From positions 1-64,000 of the IMG/VR virus record IMGVR_UViG_3300020577_007420: DNA of 64,000 nucleotides; one strand, 5' to 3'. This document shows positions 47,646 through 55,683 of the stretch, in pieces (the stretch's first letter is position 1; every line of letters begins with the position of its first letter). This stretch comes from a virus (taxonomy: Duplodnaviria; Caudoviricetes). A program made the translations under genes and the position numbers. Below the pieces are notes generated by a model. The model was not told the origin of the DNA. It searched no databases and saw only the letters and a program-made list of their open reading frames with translations.

Positions 47646-49348
47646 TATAAGCAGTTACCATCGTTTACAGTAAGGGTTAAAGGAGATGGACCAGTCATAT
47701 CTACATTTGTCCAAGTTGCATTAGGTGAAGGGTCACCTGCTCCAACTGGTTCACATGTCAGAGGTGTTCCATATGTATCAACAAGTGTAATATTCTGACC
47801 ACCTATTGCATTTGACCAAACCACATATACATCAACTAATCCATCATTTGCTAAAGTATGGTTACTATCTGGGTCACCGGGACCAGCATAGCTTCCCGGA
47901 ACAGTAACTCCATCCAATTCAAATGTAGTGACAGTAACATCAAGAGATGTATTAGATACCACTATATTCTCATTTATACCAGATGTTGTAGTTGTAGTCG
48001 TAGAAGTTGTTGCAGGTTCTTGTGTAGTTGTAGTCGTAGTCGATGTTGTTGCCTCAGTTGTTGTTGTTGTTGTTGAGGTAGTAGCATCTGGTCCACAAGG
48101 CCCCATATTTGTTATTACAGGGTCACCACATGTAACATTAAGTGTTCCAGTTCTTGCACAAATTAGTGTAACACTTACTACAAAAATAGAGAATGGTGCT
48201 CCACTTTCACAATCTTCCCACTCTATACATGAACCACCATTGCCCTGAACTTGATAAGATGTACAATCAAGCGGAGCTTGTGTTGTTGTAGTTGAGGTAG
48301 AGGTTGTCGTAGATGTTGAAGTAGTTGTAGTTGTGGTAGTTGTTGTAGGCTCCTCAGTTGTGGTTGTAGTTGTTGAGGATGTAGTTGTAGTGGTTGTACC
48401 AGCACAAGGATATCCACCTACTCCATTATCAGTAACAGTAACTCCCGGAATCACAGTTATATTAAAATGCTCAGGACAGCTACACAAATAGTATGTAGAA
48501 CCTGCACCTAATGTAACATAAGTTATTACATCTGAACCACATGTCTTAAAGTTGAATGAGATAGGAACAGATGTCTCTATAAAGTAACCATGGCATTCAC
48601 ATGGAGCAGCAGTAGTAGTTGTAGTGGTAGATGAAGTTGTAGTCGTAGATGTGGATGTAGAAGTAGACGTGGTAGATGTCGTAGTGGTTGTTGTCGTATC
48701 TGGACAAAAAGAACCACAATCTGCAGAGTAAACTCCCGTATTTATTGTAACAAATGGTAAACTATAAGTTGTTAAGCCAACTATCTTATAGTAAGAAGTA
48801 GGAACTGTTACCCCTTGATAATAATAAAGTGGGCTATATATAAATCCAGAAGGTACCTGAATAACTACGTTCTTTGCAACTAATTGACAATCACCATCTA
48901 AGCAAGAATACTCATCCGCATAGTAATATGTAAATTCAGGAACAGTTGTAGTAGTTGTTGTAGAGGTCGTTGTAGTTGTTCCACAACAGTCACATTTTGC
49001 ATTTATAATTGCCTGTAGCTTCTCTTCGAAGGTTAAAGCTTGCCACGCTTCCTGACTCATCAGGCACTTGGGGTCAACGTCATCCAGCACATCGTTTAAT
49101 GCAACGGTTACATCGACAGTTGAGGTAGTTAAAAATCCATCTTCATCTCTATACTCTATAATGAGATTGTTTCCCTGAAAACGGAAACCTGACATGAAGG
49201 TAAGTGTCTCACAATCTTTAACCCATTTACATAAATCGGGTTGTTGTTCAAATATGAGACATAATGCCTTAACTATACCAACTCTCCATTCGAATGGTAT
49301 ATCGCATAGATAGGCATGCAAGTCTTTATGGCAATTACAAATTTTCAT
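47645..49348 (-). CDS. Cys-rich modular protein with mucin-like Thr/Ser runs
   Basis: Several Thr/Ser tracts separate small Cys-rich domains; Thr codons are mixed. Confidence 0.85.
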   Translation of the reverse strand: MKICNCHKDLHAYLCDIPFEWRVGIVKALCLIFEQQPDLCKWVKDCETLTFMSGFRFQGNNLIIEYRDEDGFLTTSTVDVTVALNDVLDDVDPKCLMSQEAWQALTFEEKLQAIINAKCDCCGTTTTTSTTTTTTVPEFTYYYADEYSCLDGDCQLVAKNVVIQVPSGFIYSPLYYYQGVTVPTSYYKIVGLTTYSLPFVTINTGVYSADCGSFCPDTTTTTTTSTTSTSTSTSTTTTSSTTTTTTAAPCECHGYFIETSVPISFNFKTCGSDVITYVTLGAGSTYYLCSCPEHFNITVIPGVTVTDNGVGGYPCAGTTTTTTSSTTTTTTEEPTTTTTTTTTSTSTTTSTSTTTTQAPLDCTSYQVQGNGGSCIEWEDCESGAPFSIFVVSVTLICARTGTLNVTCGDPVITNMGPCGPDATTSTTTTTTEATTSTTTTTTQEPATTSTTTTTTSGINENIVVSNTSLDVTVTTFELDGVTVPGSYAGPGDPDSNHTLANDGLVDVYVVWSNAIGGQNITLVDTYGTPLTCEPVGAGDPSPNATWTNVDMTGPSPLTLTVNDGNCL

Positions 49349-49743
49349 GAAGGATGTGCTATTGTTGTAGTTGTTGTAGAAGTCGAACAGCAGTCACAGT
49401 GACTATCTATAAGCAATTGAATCTGCTGAGATAAAGTCAGGTTACTCCAAGTTGTTTCATCTGTTAAACAGTTGGGGTCCAAATCAAGGGACTGTTTTAT
49501 TATCTCAGATAATGAGAAACAACGATTTACTGGCACACTATCTTCTCCAGTATATGTAATACATACTGTCTCACCCGATATGGTGAAGTTCGATAGAGTG
49601 GTAAGCGTCTCACAATCCTTAACAATATTACAGTCAGGTTCTACTTTCTCCTCTTTTATCTCACAGAGTAACTGAACCAGCTGATTTTTCCACTTCGAGG
49701 GAATATCACTTAGATATTCTTCTATTTGTTGCTTGAATGTCAT
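49345..49743 (-). CDS. Paralog of the N-terminal domain of the Thr-rich protein
   Basis: Shared L.DIP..W, CETLT, DP.C and CDCC motifs followed by a Thr run. Confidence 0.8.
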   Translation of the reverse strand: MTFKQQIEEYLSDIPSKWKNQLVQLLCEIKEEKVEPDCNIVKDCETLTTLSNFTISGETVCITYTGEDSVPVNRCFSLSEIIKQSLDLDPNCLTDETTWSNLTLSQQIQLLIDSHCDCCSTSTTTTTIAHPS

Positions 49744-49850
49744 TTTATTATTATTTTAGTCCTAATTTTTGTTTTAATATTTCTGCATCATCCTGAATAT
49801 TATTACAGCCATAAGGATTTGGACCTTATGTTTTTTAAATGGTTTCTCTC

Positions 49851-50270
49851 TCATCTAATAAAAATTGTATATAATGATGTAAATAATATAATTAATGTCC
49901 ACTTTATGACCATTTGTTCTTTTGGAGAAAATTGTTGCAGGAAGTTATCAGATTTGGCATCATCTGCATCATCACTTCCATTATATCTCCAAGAGTATCC
50001 TCTCATCTTGTTTAGCCATCCATCAAAGAATTCCCACCACCAAGCTGCCATCATAGCAGCAGTAATTAATATTTTTATCATTACTGTTGGTATAGATTCA
50101 TCATCAACTGGTAGCATAAAACATGCAAAAGACGGAAGAAGGGCAAGTATTCTAAGTACCTGCCCTCTTCCGTGAGATACTCTGCCTGTAGGAATTCTTT
50201 TATAGTCTGATTTTACATCAAAATACATAACAGTCACAAAAGTCAATATGCCGAGTATTACTCCTAACAT
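49851..50270 (-). CDS. Membrane protein
   Basis: Several hydrophobic segments. Confidence 0.65.
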   Translation of the reverse strand: MLGVILGILTFVTVMYFDVKSDYKRIPTGRVSHGRGQVLRILALLPSFACFMLPVDDESIPTVMIKILITAAMMAAWWWEFFDGWLNKMRGYSWRYNGSDDADDAKSDNFLQQFSPKEQMVIKWTLIILFTSLYTIFIR

Positions 50271-50701
50271 TATTTAGGGTTTTGTAATTTAATAATATCT
50301 TCTGCTGACATTCTTGTTGAATCAATCTTGGCAGGAACAGGACGACCCTTACCTGCAGTCACACCATCATTTACTTTATCTGTACAAGCTTTGCCCCAAG
50401 CTATTGCTATAAATATTATGATTGGTAAAAATATGTTTAGTGAAACTCCATATCCACCAACACTCTTTATATACTTAACTATAAAATACATGCCAACAGC
50501 AGATAAGGCTGTCAATCCAATTGCCCATACCCAAAAATCTCCAGTTTGCTGCTGCAGAGCTTGGAGTCCTGTAATAGCACCTTCATCATCTTCCTTTGTG
50601 AAGAGAAATGTATAAATGGCAATACCTACCATTATTACAATGGCTGATAATACTCCAAACATGAATTTGTTTTCCTTAATCCAATTTACTAAATTTTTCA
50701 T
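50270..50701 (-). CDS. Membrane protein
   Basis: Three hydrophobic segments. Confidence 0.65.
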   Translation of the reverse strand: MKNLVNWIKENKFMFGVLSAIVIMVGIAIYTFLFTKEDDEGAITGLQALQQQTGDFWVWAIGLTALSAVGMYFIVKYIKSVGGYGVSLNIFLPIIIFIAIAWGKACTDKVNDGVTAGKGRPVPAKIDSTRMSAEDIIKLQNPK

Positions 50702-50713
50702 ATATTTTCAATT

Positions 50714-52495
50714 TTAATTAATGATTTGTTTTAAACTATCTATCACTCTTGATGAGGATATGAATCTTGAACACTCAAACTGTCTAGGTGTTCCTTTGTG
50801 GTCTGGACACCACCACCAATCCTGTGATTCTAACTTATGTCTGTTAAAGCAACCTCGGCACTTTCCTACTGGTGCATCTATTCTTATACAGGATTGCATT
50901 TCCGTATAGCTCTCGGAGAATCCTGAGACTAAAATAACAGGAATATTGCATGCCCAAGCTACCCAACTTAATCCGGTACCTACTCCTACATATGCCTTAC
51001 ATGCACAGATTTCTTTTATTAGTGTCTCCAGATTTCCTTCTGGAAGCTGTACAGCATTTTGTGGATTACTGTTTCCATTATGCCCGTCAGCTTCTTTACT
51101 TAATAGAAGAGGTGTATATCCTATGTTATTTATATAATCTACTACATCTTGCCATCCTGTTGGATTATTCCAGTACTTTGCTTGAGTAGTGGAATGCATC
51201 CCAATTCCTATAGTATTTGTTTTCTGCACATCTGGTAAATCCAGCATTGGCTTTATCTCTATATAAGGAAGCCCAAGTATATCACTTGCAGTCTTCTGCA
51301 TAGGTTGGGTACGTGGGTCAAGCGGATGCTTATTGAAATCAATTCTATCATCCTTATAGTACCAGCTTATATTATATTGAGCCTCAAGGTCATATAGAGG
51401 TTGTCCTATTTCTGAAAACTGAATGTCAGGATAATGTTTCCTAAAGAGACTATTGTGCCTTGTTGTACAAATCATATGACACTTATGTCTCTTTCTGAAT
51501 TCCTCTATATATGGGAACCAAGCCACCGTGTCACCTAAACTATTCGACTCTATCCTAACATGAATCCTCTTTCCCTCAAAGTCAGTTTTGTATTCTGCAC
51601 GATACTCTCCCTTCTGTATACGAATCTTCCATTTTACGAAATACTCAGGATTGGCTCTTGCCCATTCACCTGTTGCGATGGATGATGAGTAAACTATCTC
51701 ATCTGTGTCTTCATTTATGAACTGGATATCATACTTACCAAGTCCAGCCGTCATATCAACTCTACATCCGTTGACATAACTTATTGTAAATGAAGGCTCT
51801 ATATCAAATTTTGAGGATGGTAATATAAAGAATATGATTTCTCTATAGTAGTCTAGCTTTGATTCTAGCTCTTCTCTAGTCATCATTCTCCCATCTACAG
51901 AGGTAAGTATTACATCCATATTGTAATCTTCAAGCATCTGCATCATATACATTATATATGCTTTATGCTTTCTGCTATGAATATGTAATTCTCCAGTTAT
52001 CTTTCTTACATTTTCCTTTATCCAAGGCATGTTCTCTCTTGTGAAGATATCGTACTCTCCTCCCTCGCAATCTACTTTTAAGAAATCTATCCTTTGGATA
52101 TTGTTTTTCTCTATAAATGACTTAAATGTCATTGTTGAGATTTCTATATCTCCATTACCAATCTCATTTGCGTGTCCATCAGATGTAATAACTGATGTAC
52201 CATCTTTTCCAGATATAGCAGAGCCGATTACTACTAGTTTTTCATCATTAAGCTTTTTTAAATCCTCGATGAACATGGGGTCTGGTTCTAAAGCATACAC
52301 CTTAGATGCTTTCTTTATGGCCAGCTTTGATAATATTCCAACATGAGCACCCACATCTACGACTACATCTCCATCTTCTATTTCAAAGAACTTTTCGTAA
52401 ATACCTTCTTCTTCTATTTCTCTCTTGGCAACATCAACCATCAGTTGATAGTTTCCCTCAACTGTGTCTCTCTTCTTGAGATTTTTATAAATCAT
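50714..52495 (-). CDS. FkbM-type methyltransferase fused to an Aah/TibC-like protein O-glycosyltransferase
   Basis: N-terminal VVDVGAHVG, LEPD and KVDCEGGE motifs; C-terminal SLGDTVAW, AKYWNNPTGW, GLSWVAW, SGFS, CRGC and CP.H...FEC motifs. Confidence 0.8.
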   Translation of the reverse strand: MIYKNLKKRDTVEGNYQLMVDVAKREIEEEGIYEKFFEIEDGDVVVDVGAHVGILSKLAIKKASKVYALEPDPMFIEDLKKLNDEKLVVIGSAISGKDGTSVITSDGHANEIGNGDIEISTMTFKSFIEKNNIQRIDFLKVDCEGGEYDIFTRENMPWIKENVRKITGELHIHSRKHKAYIMYMMQMLEDYNMDVILTSVDGRMMTREELESKLDYYREIIFFILPSSKFDIEPSFTISYVNGCRVDMTAGLGKYDIQFINEDTDEIVYSSSIATGEWARANPEYFVKWKIRIQKGEYRAEYKTDFEGKRIHVRIESNSLGDTVAWFPYIEEFRKRHKCHMICTTRHNSLFRKHYPDIQFSEIGQPLYDLEAQYNISWYYKDDRIDFNKHPLDPRTQPMQKTASDILGLPYIEIKPMLDLPDVQKTNTIGIGMHSTTQAKYWNNPTGWQDVVDYINNIGYTPLLLSKEADGHNGNSNPQNAVQLPEGNLETLIKEICACKAYVGVGTGLSWVAWACNIPVILVSGFSESYTEMQSCIRIDAPVGKCRGCFNRHKLESQDWWWCPDHKGTPRQFECSRFISSSRVIDSLKQIIN

Positions 52496-52504
52496 ATGTT
52501 GGTT

Positions 52505-53392
52505 TTATATATAAGTAACTAATGGATTATTGTCATAATCGCTTCCATATGTTAGAAACTTTCTTATCTTGCATGGTAATCCATAAGATAATGCTTCTTT
52601 TATACAGATTGGGTTTAGTTCGAATGTGCTTGGGAAATAAAACTCATCACAAGCCTGATAAAATAAATCTACATCGTCCTTTTCTCCCCAAACTACACAG
52701 TTAGCTGGCTTATTCTGCATAAGAGGTCCCCAGTAATTCTCAAAGTTAGGTGCCTGATTCCCAACAAAATGATAGGTATTTTGAGGATTTACTCTAGCAA
52801 TCTCAAATAATTCTCCTTGATTCTTGCCCGGAGTAAATAATCCCACATTTAGGATATGTTTTCTATTAATATCCATTCCCAGTTCTAGCTTCTTCTGTAT
52901 CTTCTGTTCTGGTGTAACTTCCTTACTTTCAATAGGAAATTCCCATATATCACAGGGAACAGTAGGCAACTGGGTTAAGAATAGATTCTTTTGCCAGTTA
53001 TTTACTGCAACTAGCTTATCTGGGTATCTATCAAATGACTGCCCGTATGTTAAAGAGCTATGAGATGTAACTACTACAAACCAAGTTCTATCCTGTTTGT
53101 ATAGATACTCTAAGTTTGGCTGGTCTAGGAATTTCTCTGGAAGTTCCTGACAATGAATGACTTCTGGACTTATTTGCTCTATTTTGCTCTGTAGAAGTGC
53201 TTGATTTCCATATAGAGAATCAAACGTACACATAGCTTGTAGTCTGTTTCTCTGGACTACATACTGCTCTCCATAAAAGTCTACTTCCAGTACAAATATC
53301 TCGTTTCCCTCAAGAAAATCCTGAACCTGTCTTACGACATATTGGGGCATTCCTCCTGTCGAACAATGTGGTAATAGATATAATATTCTCAT
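52505..53392 (-). CDS. Glycosyltransferase family 4 (GT-B)
   Basis: MRILYLLPH.STGG, VGLFTPGKNQ and FPSTFELNPICIKEALSYGLP motifs. Confidence 0.85.
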   Translation of the reverse strand: MRILYLLPHCSTGGMPQYVVRQVQDFLEGNEIFVLEVDFYGEQYVVQRNRLQAMCTFDSLYGNQALLQSKIEQISPEVIHCQELPEKFLDQPNLEYLYKQDRTWFVVVTSHSSLTYGQSFDRYPDKLVAVNNWQKNLFLTQLPTVPCDIWEFPIESKEVTPEQKIQKKLELGMDINRKHILNVGLFTPGKNQGELFEIARVNPQNTYHFVGNQAPNFENYWGPLMQNKPANCVVWGEKDDVDLFYQACDEFYFPSTFELNPICIKEALSYGLPCKIRKFLTYGSDYDNNPLVTYI

Positions 53393-53396
53393 TACG

Positions 53397-53428
53397 CAAA
53401 TATATGAAATTATATATTATTCTCCAAA
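53397..53428 (-). promoter_or_regulatory. Bacteroidota-type promoter driving the glycosyltransferase block
   Basis: Minus strand reads TTTG-N20-TATATTTG, 5 nt upstream of the GT4 start. Confidence 0.75.
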
Positions 53429-53716
53429 TTAATAAAATGTTGGGCCACTCCTATAGTAATGTGCACCAGTTGGGGAGAAATAATCATCCTGACAGTACTT
53501 AATTATTACCATTCCATCACCACCCGGAGCACCGCCATTTCCAAATTGATAAAAGTCACCACCGCCACCGTATGCGATGAATGTTGTTGCAAATGATGTG
53601 TTTCCACCAACAGCACCAGAACCAAGATTTGTTCTTGCTGTTGTTGTATTTGTTAAATCAGACAAATTATTTGTCTTGATGAGTTCTCTTGAATTGATTG
53701 AGTTATTTGTTGCCAT
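53429..53716 (-). CDS. Small Gly-rich protein, possibly an internally deleted fibre-associated gene
   Basis: NNLSDL...ARTNLG joined to a GGGG...GGDGMVIIKY segment. Confidence 0.55.
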   Translation of the reverse strand: MATNNSINSRELIKTNNLSDLTNTTTARTNLGSGAVGGNTSFATTFIAYGGGGDFYQFGNGGAPGGDGMVIIKYCQDDYFSPTGAHYYRSGPTFY

Positions 53717-53717
53717 A

Positions 53718-55316
53718 TTATGTTATTGTTATATTACCTTGACTACTTAATACCATCCACTCTGTATCAGCCACGATACAAAGTAATTCAACTGCATCAT
53801 TTGTATCTGTCGAATCAAGTCTTCCGCCAACACCAGTAGTTGTGTCTACATTTCCAAAATGAATTATTTCAGATGCGTTTTGTGCAATTCTCCAACCACC
53901 TGCACCCTTACCAGCAACACGCACAACAGAACCAACAGCAGCTGTATCTGGTAGTGTTACTGTGACGAGTGAAGCATTGTTGCATATATATCCATTGTTT
54001 ACAGAAGCAGCCTGACTTGTTCCAGTAACCTCATTCCAAGTAAAACCACCAGCAGACATTGACTCTATTTTATCTCGTATAGCATTTTTGGTTGGAACTT
54101 CTAATGAACCATTCCAGTTTGTTGCGTCATACGCTTCATCTGCTACTTCTAGGTCTGTATAAGCACTGTCATCAGCAAGTCTAGCTTGTAGAATTGTCGA
54201 GCTTCTTTTAATTGCAGGAAATGAAGACGTTGTCCCATGAAATTGTATCAAACCAGATGTATTTATTTGTAAATAACCAGCAGTATTCCCAGAACCAAGC
54301 ATTAGAGGAACACCTGCAGATGGATATATACTCCATGTTGAACCAAGTTTTAAATAACCAGTATTTCCACCATAAATAACATTAAAGTCTGTTGATACTC
54401 CTGCATTTGGGTTAATGGTTAAGCCCTGAGAACCAGAAAATAGTCTAATCACACCACCATGACTACCAGCACCATTGTTCGTTGTTATATATATTCCAGT
54501 AGTATTACCAGTTCTTGATGTATCATTATATATTTCAGATGCAGTTCCATAATCTCTTATATCAAAAGTTGGTGTTCTAACTTTTCCAGAACCACCCAAT
54601 GTAATATCTGTTCCATCAAAAGTAAGGTTAGCACTTGTTTGTAATGTATTTGAATCAGAACCATAGGGGATACGATTAGATACCATTGTTCCGTCTATCT
54701 TTCCGTCTATTTGTGTTTGGATTCCAGATGTAACACCTTTAACGTAAGCTACTTCTGCAAGTGAAGGATACGTTGCGGTATCTAGGTATGAAATTGTATC
54801 AACATCTGTCCAGTAAGTTAGTCGGTTTGAAACACCAGAACCATCAATAGTTCCACCTCCAGAAGTACCTGATGTACCTGTTGACCCCGATGTACCACTT
54901 GTTCCATTAGAACCATTAGCACCACTTGTACCAGAAGTACCGTTGGTTCCAGAGGTTCCGCTTACACCACTTGTACCAGATGTACCAGAAGCTCCAGAAG
55001 AACCTGTGGCTCCAGAAGTACCAGAAGTGCCTGATAATCCGCTAGTTCCAGAGGTGCCTGAGGCACCTGAGGAACCAGTAGCACCACTTGTCCCGGATGT
55101 ACCGGATTGACCTGAGGTACCTGATGTTCCAGATGTTCCAGCTACTCCACTTCCCTGAGAGCCAACCTTTTCACATATTTTATTTAAAATAGAAGACAAA
55201 GGCTCCCCTTTTGTAGCGGGAACGCACAAATCAGAACAGTCATTGACAACTCCAGAAAGAGGTATCTTTGACTTGTTTACGAGAATATATTTCTTTTGGT
55301 CATTTGTTTCTGCCAT
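53718..55316 (-). CDS. Fibre-like protein with a (Gly-X-Ser/Thr)n repeat
   Basis: 31 consecutive G-X-Y triplets; beta-rich C-terminal domains. Confidence 0.75.
   Translation of the reverse strand: MAETNDQKKYILVNKSKIPLSGVVNDCSDLCVPATKGEPLSSILNKICEKVGSQGSGVAGTSGTSGTSGQSGTSGTSGATGSSGASGTSGTSGLSGTSGTSGATGSSGASGTSGTSGVSGTSGTNGTSGTSGANGSNGTSGTSGSTGTSGTSGGGTIDGSGVSNRLTYWTDVDTISYLDTATYPSLAEVAYVKGVTSGIQTQIDGKIDGTMVSNRIPYGSDSNTLQTSANLTFDGTDITLGGSGKVRTPTFDIRDYGTASEIYNDTSRTGNTTGIYITTNNGAGSHGGVIRLFSGSQGLTINPNAGVSTDFNVIYGGNTGYLKLGSTWSIYPSAGVPLMLGSGNTAGYLQINTSGLIQFHGTTSSFPAIKRSSTILQARLADDSAYTDLEVADEAYDATNWNGSLEVPTKNAIRDKIESMSAGGFTWNEVTGTSQAASVNNGYICNNASLVTVTLPDTAAVGSVVRVAGKGAGGWRIAQNASEIIHFGNVDTTTGVGGRLDSTDTNDAVELLCIVADTEWMVLSSQGNITIT
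54861..55139 (-). repeat. (GTS)n collagen-like coding repeat
   Basis: 31 triplets, mostly GTS, encoded with varied codons. Confidence 0.9.
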
Positions 55317-55440
55317 TTCTCGAAGACGGGAGATAGTAATCCCCTCTATTTAGGGTTATAGATATTGTTAATATAATCAGAAATCCTGAAAATACAAAAT
55401 AATATAAGCTAATTTACGGAAATTAGGATAATATACCTAA

Positions 55441-55683
55441 TCAGGAAGATAGCTCACCATCCATGTATTTAACAGATTCGTCCTCTATTTCAGGGACTTC
55501 CTCCTCTACTTCTAGCTTTCCGGGGACTACCCTTTGAGAAAAGGGGTCATCTACAAATGAGCCTAAATCATCAGCCATACAGGACTGAAAGAACTCGTCT
55601 ACGTCCTTTTCCTCTAGCTGGAAGTAGTATTCGTAGGTTGATACGTAGATAACCTTTCCATTTGGTAATGAGATATTTGGCAT
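55441..55683 (-). CDS. Hypothetical acidic protein
   Basis: ORF track. Confidence 0.65.
   Translation of the reverse strand: MPNISLPNGKVIYVSTYEYYFQLEEKDVDEFFQSCMADDLGSFVDDPFSQRVVPGKLEVEEEVPEIEDESVKYMDGELSS

Noticed and set aside
47858-48417. Val/Cys-rich + strand ORFs and other short antisense ORFs
   Set aside because: They are reverse-complement shadows of the Thr-codon tracts. Most short opposite-strand track ORFs lie wholly inside longer genes.
44947-53392. Glycosyltransferases acting as DNA-hypermodification enzymes
   Set aside because: They lie in the structural arm next to Ser/Thr-rich proteins, and no base hydroxymethylase or similar gene is seen in this window. Not fully excluded, since the rest of the genome is unseen.
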